Shown here in pieces: positions 38,411 through 50,244 of a stretch of DNA of 64,000 bases. The stretch comes from Felis catus. Taxonomy: Eukaryota. Within the stretch, counting starts at the first letter, position 1, and each line of letters starts with the position of its first letter. The stretch lies in NCBI RefSeq assembly GCF_018350175.1, contig NC_058368.1, positions 169,324,001 to 169,388,000 on the forward strand, given 5' to 3'. The notes beneath the pieces were generated by a model. That model ran no database searches, had not been told where the DNA came from, and saw nothing but the letters and a program-made list of their open reading frames with translations. Made by a program: the position numbers and the translations under genes.

Positions 38411-41071
38411 GAGTAATACTATACACAAGTGTATGCTTTGTCAAATAAATTAAAAGGTTTACAGAAAGGTCTTCTGAGAGCTTTACAACAAAGTCAGATT
38501 TTTAAATGGAAGAATAAGTTTGGTACGAATATATTTTTCTTGGTTTAATATAAAGGTTCATGGCCTCAGGTTGCACTTCTTCCACTCTGCTGCAATGTCT
38601 GAAATTTTTACTCTGCTGCAATGTCTGAAATTTACAAAGAAATTATGGTCTAATTTCTTCGAATACACTGGGAATGAACAACCATTATTATTATGAGATA
38701 TTACTATCTCAGAATAAATTTATTAATTTCTTATCTCCTGTCCCACTCCTCTTTCTCTTTTCTTGTATTATAAAAGTTCAGAAGAATTGATATGGAGAAG
38801 CAAGGGCTTCCTACTTGAGTAGAAGAAGAGAGAAAACTAAGCAAGAAAAGCCAAAGCCTTCATTATAAACTCAGGGAAGATACTTGTCAGGATAAATGAG
38901 GGGAAAAGGTGAGTTTTAGTAGGAAAGGGAGAGACTGTGGTTCTGAGCCAGGGCCCAGCCCTGAGAGGTTATGTCTTTGTGAAACTGTAAGAGGATTAGG
39001 TACTCCTGAGGGGTAGAAGGCAGCCCAAGGGGGCACTAGCAGTGCTAATATCAAAGCAGTTATTTCACAATTTTTTCCCAAGGCCAACCATACTTCAGAG
39101 ACTTGGTTGCAGCTACATTTAGCTAGAAACAAGTAAGGTATATGAAAACTCTCAGGGCTTCAAACTTTTAAAAATCTCAGTGCAATTTCTGGGCTTTGCA
39201 GTTATTTGATCAAGGCAAGCAAGAGGGTTATAAATTCAACAACTTTGTGATTGAGATTAATGTGCTCGGAAGTTAACTCTTGCTTTCACTCAGGCAGCTG
39301 AGGAGTCAACATTAGACATGAAACAGTCTCTAAATTAAATCTGCCTGTTTGGTGGCCTAGAACAAAACATGGCTCCTGGAATTTAACCTCTTCATGGTTG
39401 GCACCAGAACTGGATTAAATAATGGCCAGTTAGCACACATTACCAAGAGTTGCAATCTATAAAGAGTGATAGAGTGTCACTAATAATGTAACACACTGGG
39501 TAAACACGATGTGGTTTTTAACCAGAACTTCTTTTAGAATTTACTGGAGGGAATAATTTTAATCTGTTATATAGGGTTGATACTAAACCAGACAAAGAGT
39601 TTTTTTAGAATTCTTTCTGTCTTTATTTAAGCCTGGGCTTCAAAAGCTGAGAATAACATAATAGGTTATAGGTGTTGAATTGTGCTTACATTCCAAAATG
39701 AAGCACTAAACCAGGCAAAGAAAGTTGATCAATTTTTCAGGCTCACACAAATATTTGAGGATATAAACAGGTTTGGGTTGAAGATGTTGGGCAAGGGAGG
39801 GTGTTTTGGGAGGGAGGTGTTGGAGTACCGTGGCTAGCTCATCACTGGCAATGTTGATGTGGTAGGGTGTGTTTACATCTATCTCAAGGAAAAAAACCTT
39901 CAGAAAAACTACTTAAAAAATGTGACTATGTCCCTGAAGTTTGTAGCGAACAGAGCTTGGAAAAGTACAAAGATGAGAGACTGTGGCTGGTTTGCTGCTG
40001 TCAAGTGTGTAAACACCCTCTAAGCAGCAACAGGTGGGTAAGAGTCACAAGGGTCACTGTAGAAACTGCTAGGTAGGCTTGCCACACTCCCAGAGATTTG
40101 GCTGGCGATGTGACATAAGCCCAAGTGGATTCAGCTAGATTCTGACTATATAGCAAAAGCAAGGTCACCATGGTGTCAGCTCCCCATGTGTCTCTCTCAC
40201 AGGACAGGTGTGGAGGTGACACCAAATATGAGGGGTGGTATGGGTAGCAGCCAGTCTACTGCTGAGAAGCCAACTCTAAACTATAGCCAAGAAGTTTTAT
40301 GGACTTTCACAGGAGACTACATCTGTATCAGAAGGAGAAAGGGGAGAGGGAGGAAAGCCCTGTGCTCAGCAGAAATTAGGAAGGTAGATGAGAAATGGTC
40401 TGTGGCAGTCTCTCACAAGATAGAAAGGCATATGAAAAACTCATTGGGCAGGTCTTCCCTAGGCTGCTTATCTCTCCTTGTTCTGGGAGGAATTGCAGGG
40501 TCTTTAGCCAAGGCTTGAATCAGACTGGTCAAGCCTTGCCTATGTGGCCTACATGGAGAACAAGGCTGTAAGTGTGCTGTAATAAAGCTGTCGCCCACGT
40601 CTGCCTTGATATGATAGATAAAAGAAGGCTGCTTTAGGAAGTGGCTGCTTTGGATTATACCTTAACAGACAGGATGGAGGATAGACGGAATTTCCAACAG
40701 TGGGAATCAACGAGTTGCAAGTGACCAGAGGCTGGGGCAGGAAGTATGAAATGCAAATGTAAAGAGATACATCTCCAAATCATATGAAATATAGTTGGAT
40801 ATTCCCAGTTGGTAAATCTCAGAAAAACATTCAGAAACACACAAGACAGAGAGAGCCTTGGGACATACATTGAGCACAGAGAGCACTCACGCCTTATCAT
40901 AACAGCATCACAAGTAAGGCCTCTCCTGTTGCCTAGCTTTTCTGTGTAACCCCAACTAGGGCAGAAGTCTGAGCCAGTCTAATAAAAATGGAGTGCTCTA
41001 GAATAAGTACAAGGCAGAGAATAAAGAAGAGGCTGAGAGGAGCCTGACTGTACATCCATTTCACCATTGAG

Positions 41072-41555
41072 CAGTCCCCCCTACCCCCACTTAGCTATGG
41101 TTTCACTACGCATGGTTTTGCTTTCCATGGTTTCAGCTGCCCATGGTCAACTGCAGTTCAGAAGCAGATGATCCTCCTTCTGAAGTATGGTCAGAAGGTC
41201 AATAGTAGCCTAACACTATGTCACAATGCCTACGTCATTCACCTCACTTCATCTCATCACATAGGGATTTTATCATCTCCATCATCACAAGAACAAAGAT
41301 GAGTACAAGGCATAAGATATTTTGATAGAGACCACATTATGTAACTTTGATTGCAGTATTTTGTCATAATTATTCTATTTTATTATTAGTTACTGTTTTT
41401 AATCTCTCACCATGCCTAATTTATAAATGAAATTTTATAATAGGTATGTATGCATAGGGGAAAAAAAACATAGTATATATAGGGTTTTGTACCATCTACA
41501 GTTTCAGACACCCACTGGATGTCTTGGACTGCATCAGTTGTAGATAAGGGGAGAT
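41072..41555. mobile_element. MER44/Tigger-like DNA transposon relic
   Basis: 'tcagaaggtcaatagtagcctaacactatgtcacaatgcctacgtcattcacctcacttcatctcatcac' and an end 'gtttcagacacccactggatgtcttgg...gataagggg'. Confidence 0.8.
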
Positions 41556-42893
41556 AAGTTTTGGCTGAAAGTAGCCCAATATACAGGAAGAAAGAGGCTT
41601 TCAATTTGATTGCAGTTTGCGATTTTGAGTACTATATTGGAAGGACGTTTTAATTACTGACATTGTGCTTTGCCTAGAAGCTCCTGGAGGACTTTTAAAA
41701 CATTATCTACAAGTGCACATAAAAGCTAAGATTTCATCCATTGGCAAGGAAGGAATTAATCTACAGGAGGGATTTAAGGAACAATGAAGAAAAGAATTAC
41801 AGTTTTCTCTTTGCATCATATTGAGTTCTACTTTTCTAACATCAAGGCTATACCAAAAAGTATGCTTGAGTAATAGCAGATGGTAAGAAAATGACTTTAA
41901 AACCTAGATGGGTGTCCTTATGCTTAGTGGGGGCTGGGGGCACAAATTTAGGCTGGAGTTGAGTTGCCTGAAGAAACAGAGAAAGGACCCAGGCTGCCCC
42001 TAGTCCCTCCTTTTCTATCTCCCAGCTTTAAATAAATATTAAAATAATATTTAAGAAATATAGATTTGAAGGCATGTCAAATCATTAGTCTGCTTGTGAC
42101 AGCACATAGATTGGTCCAACCCTGGACAACATCCTAGTTAGACTATGAATCAGTCTGGTTTCAATGGAGATAACTCTAAGTGGAATAGATTTGCAGTCTG
42201 AAGAGATGAACAATTCCTTGCTACCTTTATGAACAATTCACATGGGCTTTCAAAAACTCATCAGAGAAAAGTATTGTCTTCCTGGGAAGGCCACAGTTTC
42301 AATACAGAGATGGTTTATGTTTTATTATTAGGACAGATCTAGCAAGATTAGTATCCAGCAAATTTCAGTGCTTTTGAAAATATGAAACAACTTTTATATA
42401 TAACTAAAGGTTTCACATGAAGCTATGGTTAGCATGCTTTCAAAAGATAATTTTTTTAAACAAAGAGAAGAATTTGTTATAATCAGACACCATTCAGTGG
42501 TTCTTAGCTCTGAAAAAACTTGTCCTTAGGTAAATACTGGCAGATGATTCATGACTGAATGGGAACTAGAGCATTAGGCCACTAAAAGTAGTGCTTAAGG
42601 TAAGTTTCAAAAGATCTTATCATTGTCCTAGTGACCAATTAGAATGTTTTCTCTTCATTCCACATAGCCAAAATAAGTATTCAACCTTTGTTTTCTAAAT
42701 GCCAAGACTAGTATACCTCTAATCAAATAGAAGCTACATGGTGGTGCTCAGATTTCATAGTATGAGGGAACTAAAAAGAACCTGGAGTAATTTTTTGGTT
42801 CATTCAAATGAATGCCCCTAAATCAGGAATTTTCATGTATTTTTGGGACTTAATTCAGGGAAGCACAAAGGGGCTTTTAAAATACCCAAACTT

Positions 42894-42956
42894 GGGGCAC
42901 CTGGCTGGCTCAGTCAGTAGAGCATGTGACTCTTTTCTTTCTTTCTTTCTTTCTTT

Positions 42957-43043
<87 letters not shown>

Positions 43044-43269
43044 CTTTCCTTTTTTTAAGGTTTATTTATTTCTGAGAGAGAGTGAGCATGAGCAGGGGAG
43101 GAGCAGAGAGAGAGAGAGGGAGACAAAGGATCCAAAGCAGGCTCTGCACTGACTCATGAACCAGAGTCAGATGCTCAACCGACTGAGTTATCAAGGTGCC
43201 CCCAAGCTTGTGACCCTTGATCTCAGGGTCATGAGTTCAAGCCCCACGTTGGGTGTGGAGCCTACTTAA

Positions 43270-43314
<45 letters not shown>

Positions 43315-43315
43315 A
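42894..43315 (+). mobile_element. Short tRNA-like Can-SINE with an (AAC)n tail, split by a second SINE
   Basis: Head 'ggggcacctggctggctcagtcagtagagcatgtgactctt' resumes as 'gatctcagggtcatgagttcaagccccacg' after 43218. Outer TSD 'aaaatacccaaa'. Confidence 0.9.
42935..43203 (-). mobile_element. Internally deleted Can-SINE with a (TTTC)n(TC)n tail, nested in the SINE above
   Basis: Minus-strand SINE pieces. TSD agcatgtgactctt / agcttgtgaccctt. Confidence 0.9.
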
Positions 43316-45866
43316 ATACCCAAATTTAGTTTAATTAACTTTAAAGCGATGTGCCTTAACATACACTTAGCAGGATGATTAGGTATAATAAAATAAAATT
43401 AATAGTGAAGGTATCTTCAGTCCAAAAGGTTGGGTCTTAGCATCCGAAACCTGTCAGAGTGGAAAGTTGTCTACCTATGGTTTCCAGAAATCGAGAGCCA
43501 ATAGGTTCCTTCAGCAACCCATCTCAGTAATGTATTCCATGTATGTTGCATAAGCAGATAATCTCTATGACTGACACTTCATCCAGTGTCCCAAGTACTG
43601 AATGAAAGAGAATTCATATATTCCATGTGAATATGATGGAGATGAATTGAATTTTGTGTAGAGTAGAATGACTCAGGGCAATTATCATGTTCTCATAACT
43701 GGGGATGAGTGGGTCATGATGGTGATGGCTGGACAGAGGGCAGGTAGAAGGATCCCCCTCAATTTGTGCTCACAAAGATAGAGTTTTATACACAAAAGAT
43801 CCATTCAAAACTTTTAGATTCCTATCAAAGCAAAACTCAAGACAATCCCTTTCTTTCCTTACCTCTAAAGTCAAATTGCCCACATGTTTCTTTCAAGGGT
43901 GTCCTTGGTGTTAATTTAAACATTACTGTTCCAGTGTGAACATTGTTTTCAGGCTCTGAGTACCTGGACAGTTAGTTCCAGATCTGCACCCACTTGGATG
44001 GCCCTGGACCTCTTCCCACCTAGAAACAGTGACAAAAATAAGAACAAAGAGCCATACAAACCTCTCTCCAAATAAAGGCTTATTGTCACTGCAAGACATT
44101 TGTAACCTATCTTATTACCTATCATCATACTCACAGTCTGGGTACATCCCAGCTGTGTTTCTCCAGGGATCCTTTGCGTTTCCCCGATGAATCTTCCTTG
44201 GATGTTTACAATCTGCTCTCTGAACCAAATCCTCACAGAACTGTTCCCTCTGACTTGCATGAGAAATACAAACGCAATAGTTTTATCATGATTTTTGGAG
44301 TTTCCCTGAAGATTTGTGTCATTGCATGAAAGGATAACTTTAGACACCACACAGCATTTTGGCGCCATCTGCCTAGACCCCCTGTTTGCTTCCGCTTTCT
44401 TAGACTTCCCTTTAGCTGTCATTTGCGCCTTTTCAAAACCTGTGTTATTGCCATGTGACACTCTGTATCCTGTATGGAGCCCACAGGTTACTTGTAGAGT
44501 CCTTCAGACCTGTTTTGGCTTATTCTCAACCTCTTTCTTTTATTAATAGGGCCTAGATTTTCCTTCTCACACCCATGGCATGCCGTTTTGGGCAAATCAA
44601 GGTCAATCAAGGTGCCCTGGAGTCCCTGGTAGAAGGGCCTTCAGACCCAGACTGGACCAATCAGCTGTTCTATCCCAGTCTTTGAATCAGCTGAAGTTGA
44701 TTCATCCACAAGGTTGCACCCCCAAGAAACTGCCTATTTTCTTTCTAAAGCTTTTCCTTCAATTCTCTCGCCTACACCATTTATTTCTTTTCTACTTAGT
44801 GCTAAAGCTCCAACCAAAGGGCCCCAAGTGATACCAAAATATTGACTACTTTCTTGCCTCAATTGCCTTGGAAAAAGCATTTTTTTTTCTGGAATTCTAG
44901 CAAGTATTGTTTTTCATCTAGTTATATAAATATCATGAAAATTCTCACAGTTCTCAAATATTGTGGGTCTTTAAAAAGGGGTCAGAAGAAGAGAAAAAAG
45001 ATCCTTCAACTCTTTCCAATGGATTTTCCAGGGGGGAAGGAGTCTGAAGTTGATACACAAACTACAAGCCAATACACTTGAAGCTGCCCACAAAGGCTTT
45101 AGTATTTGTCCAATGTGGGCTGAGATGTGCAACTGAGATGTGTTCTAAAGGCATAATTCACTGAATGATGGAAAGATTTTCCTGGAAGTTAAATAGTGGT
45201 TTGAAAGTAATTGTTCCTTTTTATTTGAGAACTCAGACTGCCGGCACTCATTGTGGTGTAGAGTCTTCCTATTTGTCATGTGATTAATCAGAACAACTTA
45301 ATTGCACCTTCTTCTCAGCTAGGAAAGTGCATTGTTAATATGTTAAATATTTTATTGTCCTAGAATTTCTCTCTATATAACTAGATCTCTGAGTTGAAAT
45401 TATCAATCAGGTTCACTGAATATCGAGTTCAAAGAAAATATTATGCAGTTCTCATCAAATGATCATCCAGCATTTCTTGCAAATGTTAGAATATTAAGCC
45501 AGATTTTCATTTGGTCTTGCATCAAAAATACAGTGAAATTTAACAGTATTCTAAAATGTTGGTCCAATAGGTATCTTCAAGAAAATATTTCAGAGAAAAG
45601 AGATGTTTAAGGGATAAATATTTACACATGAGATATGCTTAGGTGTAAATGGTAAGATAATTATGAGGTGGAGCAGGTGATTTGTGTTTTCACATAAGTT
45701 GAAAAGCATACTATGAGAAAAGATTATTATATAAAGTATGATGTTCTCAATAAAAATGAAAATTGGTTTGAACTAAACTTCAAGTTGGCCTAATATTGTG
45801 ATGGATTATCATGACTGCAACAGAACTGAGTCTTGAGGACTTAAGGCAGTCTAAAGTGGTCTATGG

Positions 45867-45880
45867 GTTGCCATGGAAAC
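45867..45880. promoter_or_regulatory. RFX X-box motif (candidate)
   Basis: GTTGCCATGGAAAC matches the palindromic X-box GTTNCCATGGNAAC and lies in apparently non-repeat DNA. Function not shown. Confidence 0.45.
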
Positions 45881-46339
45881 TCCCCAAAATGTATTCTTAC
45901 ACCATTTGGGGGCATTTCCACTGGACTGGATTGACAAATGCCTGATAGAGATAGACTGTTCAGTTGGTGCCTTACCAGAGTAGTCTTGGATTGGACCTCA
46001 GAGGAAAAGATAATTATGAGTTAGAATGTATATGTTACATTGCATTTTCCAAACTATTTTAAACACTCGAGTTTGGCAATGCTTATGACATCTATAAAGT
46101 AGGTCAGTATTATGACTGCCCTTTCTATTTAGCTGAGAAAACAAAGAACGGTGGAACTAGAAAGCATTTTTGGTAGGGCTATAATTAAGCTATCAGGAAT
46201 AAACTGTCCTGCATTTTATTCTGAGAAATCTTTAACTTATTCACAACATCCTTGCTGAAAATAATTTTCCTTCATTCTTCAACCTATATCTTTCCAAGTA
46301 AAATTTAAGCACATTTATTAACAACAATCACAACAATAA

Positions 46340-46582
46340 ATAATAAGACTTCCATGTATTGAACAGTAGGTGTGTGCTAAGTACTCTAATAAACTCTTTT
46401 TGTACATTATATTACTTTTCTTGCACGCGGTTCTGCAAAGTAGGTGTTATTGTCATTTACAGAAGAGGAATCTGACGCTGAGAGGTTAGTTAACTTGCCC
46501 AAGTTCATTAAGTGACAGAAGCAGAATTTGAAACCAGATCTGTTTGACTCCTAAGCTTGAGTGCTTAATCATTTTGCCACAC
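46340..46582 (-). mobile_element. MIR
   Basis: 'catttacagaagaggaatctgacgctgagaggttagttaacttgcccaag...gaatttgaaaccagatctgtttgactcc'. Confidence 0.85.
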
Positions 46583-47519
46583 TTCCTGTTGCCATTTTAC
46601 ATTTGCATCTACCATGGATTTGTTTTGCCTAGCACTGTATATAATATTTGTAACATGCATCTGAAGTAGTGACTACAAAAACAGAAGTGCTGGGGTCAGA
46701 GAGCCTTGGGTTCAACCTCAGACAGGAAGTGGTTTGTAGCTACTGCTCTCTTTGATCATTGGAAGGATTTCATGACATTAAATGACAGCGTCAGCCTCAG
46801 GGCTTGGTACAGAGGCACAGAACAGGCAGTCAACCCACTCTCACTAACTCTCACAAAGAAGAGTTGTTCTCGCTTAATCCATTCCCCTCACTTCAAGTAG
46901 TTAGCCTATCCAAAATACAAATAAACATTCATTCATTCACTCCTTCATTCCTTCATTCCATAAATGCTTACTGAATTCTTACTATCAGACACTGCCCTAG
47001 GTGCTGCTGATGTAATAGTTAATACAGACTCCAGCTCTTTGAGTGCCATTTTCCTGCTGAAACCCTTCAAGAATGCCACATTACTTATTGGGATAATAGT
47101 CACATCCCTTACCAGGAAACAATTAATCATTGTTGACTAGGCCTCTATAATGGAGGAGTTTACCATAGAGTCTGCAGGGAATAGGAGACCTGGAATGATA
47201 GGAGAAGATAGGGAGAATGTGAGAGAGCAAGAGACTGAAAAGCTCTGCAGGACCATGGACTGGAATTCAGGAAGCATGGATTCTGGCTCCAGCTGTGAGC
47301 TCTGTGTAAGTCCTCCTCTTCTCTGCCCTGGCTCGCCATCACCTTTTAAGCACCATGGGGGCAGGAAGGTGGCACCCTTATCTATGTATCTCTACTCCCT
47401 GCTCCAGGCCAGGAACATAGTAGGAGTTTAATAAATATTCCAACACAACCATCCTAAGTGTCTGTAGAAATTTAAGTTTCTAAATCTTCAACTTTGGGAA
47501 AGATTTTTTTCTTCCGTAA

Positions 47520-47700
47520 ATGAGGCCATATAGATCCCTGCAACACAAAATATGGCCCCCAGAGTCACATCATTGGCGATACCTGGGAACCTGTTCAAAC
47601 AAAGAACCCCAGGCCTTGCCCAAAATAACTGACTCTGAGTCTGCTTTTTAACAAGATCCTCAGGTAATCTGCATGCATATTAATGCCTGAGATGGGATGG
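47520..47700. mobile_element. MER5A-like MITE
   Basis: 'acctgggaacctgtt...ctgagtctgctttttaacaagatcctcaggtaatctgcatgcatattaa'. Confidence 0.7.
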
Positions 47701-50033
47701 GCCACATAATTTTTATAAATGATTAATAATTTTAAGGTAAAATATAAGCAAGTCTGTAATACTACACTCCAGCAGCGTCTGCTGTTTTCATAAAAATATC
47801 ATGGGGCAAATACAAGGCCAGGGCCTCACTAAGATGCAACAGGATAGATTCAGAAATCCTGTAAACCTCCTTGGAAATTTTGGCACCCAAGAGAGAAGGA
47901 CTTTATAGCTCCTGACAAAGTTAGGAGGCTGTAGACAGAACATATTGCATTTGTCAACCTGGAAACATTAAAGAAAGTTTGTTCTTTTGTGCAATCATTT
48001 AGCAATAAGGTAAGGCTTGCCAGCTAGATTTATTAGGATATTGGATTTTATGTTTCTTGTATCGAATAATATTTTTTACATTGTTTATGTCTAAATAAAT
48101 CTGTCTTCTATTTTACATCACCCTGTCGTATTGCTGCTTACAGATAAAGGGTTCAGGTAGCATAATTTGCTCTGCCCTTGGGATATGCTGCCATACATTA
48201 AAACCCAATCACATGGTGACTACAGCGGAGAATTCCAATGTGTTCTGAAAAGTTACACAGAAACAGTGAATGGAAAAAGCTCAATGAAGAGATGTGATTT
48301 CTGATCCTGCTTTATCTAGTCTGTGCCTGGCAGAAACTGATTATCAGCAGATTCAAGCTCAAAGATGGTAATTTCGATGTAAAATCTATGCCCTAAATGT
48401 CCTATGTATGATCTAGTCCTTGCAATAGCTGTTTGGTAACACCCTGACTTTGTGCAATCAATATCTATATGATTTTGATTATTTTTATGGTGCGTGTGTC
48501 AGATATACATAGACAGATATACATACACAAACAAGAATTGAACCAGTAAGCAACAGTAAAGAGAAAAAACACAATCAGATTAGAGCTTAGAAATAAATAA
48601 AATTTTGCAAAGGAAATAATGACTATTATAAGGTAAATTCATGTAGACCCTTCTTTGTGCTTATAAAAGAAGAAATGTACTCTCATTTTGAACAGGCAGG
48701 ATAAAATATGTCCATTTGTGTTACAGTCTTTATCCATTAGTCTGCTTTATGATTTGATTTCATGTTTTCATTGTTCCAAAGCAATTTTCCAGATTGAATC
48801 TTAAAAGGATTATAAACCACAAAAGTCACTTTAAATTCTACATGGAGTTAATATACCTACTGCTATTCTGTGCATTTATCTTTTAAATTTTATAAAGAAA
48901 TTTGTTGACACTTTCCCTTTCACTTGTTTCTTACCATGTATTTTGTGTAAAAATTTGTCAAACACTGATGCCTGTCTTATCTGATATGTTTTAAAACATG
49001 CTAGCCAATCAGCATAACTTCAAATGTCAAATATGATAGTTTTAATTTTTTCTGCATTAAAATACTACCTTAAGTTGAAATCATTTGGTGATACAACATA
49101 AATAAATAAAAGCTTTAAGTTTAGAAAACAGTCATTGGAGGTTGTTGTTGCTGTTGTTGTTGTTTCTCTTCTAAGTCTCTTTTTCTGACAAAGGGATGAT
49201 TGTGTCTTTCTTTTCTGCTCTAATATGGAGCCACAGTTGATGGCATTGGGGAGCCTAACAGATCAGTCTTCTTAGCACCTCTGAAAGAATCTGTGTTTGA
49301 AATGGAAAGGGAGAAGAGAATAAAAGAGTAATGAATCCTTCTAGCTACAGAAATAAGAGCAGGTGTAATGGTTCTTCAGCAGACCTAAAACATTTAGGTA
49401 AGTTGGCTAAGAGGAGCACTAATTTTTCAATTAGAAAGAGCCTTTTCAAAGAGAAATGAGTAGTTGCTGATATCTCCTTCAATTATTCTCCTCTTCATAA
49501 TTCAAGTAGAGGAAATGGATCGTACTATTTGCCTGAGATCCCAGTGTAAGAACTCAGACCAGGTTCCTGGAGTATTCAGCCAGGCCCAGGAAGTGAGTAG
49601 ATTTTCCAGAAGTAATAGAGGAGCCTCATGGGAGTAACTTCACTGTGAATAGATGAAGAACAGAGGCTTCACAGGAAGGAGTTCACTCAAGGGGGTCAGA
49701 ATTAAAGGAGACACATCACCTGTAAAGACAAATTTTACTTGAAATTGTTCATGTGTGTAATCTGGCTTCTCCTCTGGCTCTGCATCCACTCCTTTCTGTT
49801 GTTGGGATTTGTTCCTAAGTTTGAGGAAACAGCCCAGAAAGCACGACATAGTCCCACCTCTAGCCTATGGAACAGAGGAGCCACAAATGGAGAACAAGAT
49901 ATTTCACACCCTTCAGTGAGACTAGTATTGAAGGATGGTAAGGTTTGAAACAGACCATTGGCTATGAGTTCAAAGTAGCAACTCTGTCTTTGTCATGGCC
50001 CAAATCATGTCATGTAGCCACTGTCAGAACCTC

Positions 50034-50085
50034 TTTTTTTTTTTTTTTTTGAGAAGAGAGAGACAGAACATAAATTGGGGAGAGG

Positions 50086-50139
<54 letters not shown>

Positions 50140-50244
50140 CCTAAGTAGCCTCCATGCTTGGGACATGATCCCATGATCCTGGGATTGTGACCTAAGCTGA
50201 AACAAGAGTCGGACACTCAACCAACTGAGCCACCCAGGCGCCCC
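50034..50244 (-). mobile_element. Can-SINE with long (GA)n
   Basis: Poly-T, (GA)n and 'actgagccacccaggcgcccc'. Confidence 0.93.

Noticed and set aside
42530..42599. Possible exon with a strong AAG|GTAAGT donor
   Set aside because: There are stops in all three frames and the acceptor is weak. It cannot be supported without RNA data.
42894..43270. Possible tRNA gene
   Set aside because: It is a tRNA-derived SINE with a tail and TSD, interrupted by another SINE.
44358..44377. CTCF-like motif (minus strand TAGGCAGATGGCGCC)
   Set aside because: The conserved 5' CC of the core is missing, so it is only a partial match.
43949..44461. 170-aa minus-strand ORF, the longest outside recognised repeats
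   Set aside because: No recognisable domain, promoter or convincing splice context. It is compatible with a chance ORF, and a BLAST/PhyloCSF check would be needed to revive it.
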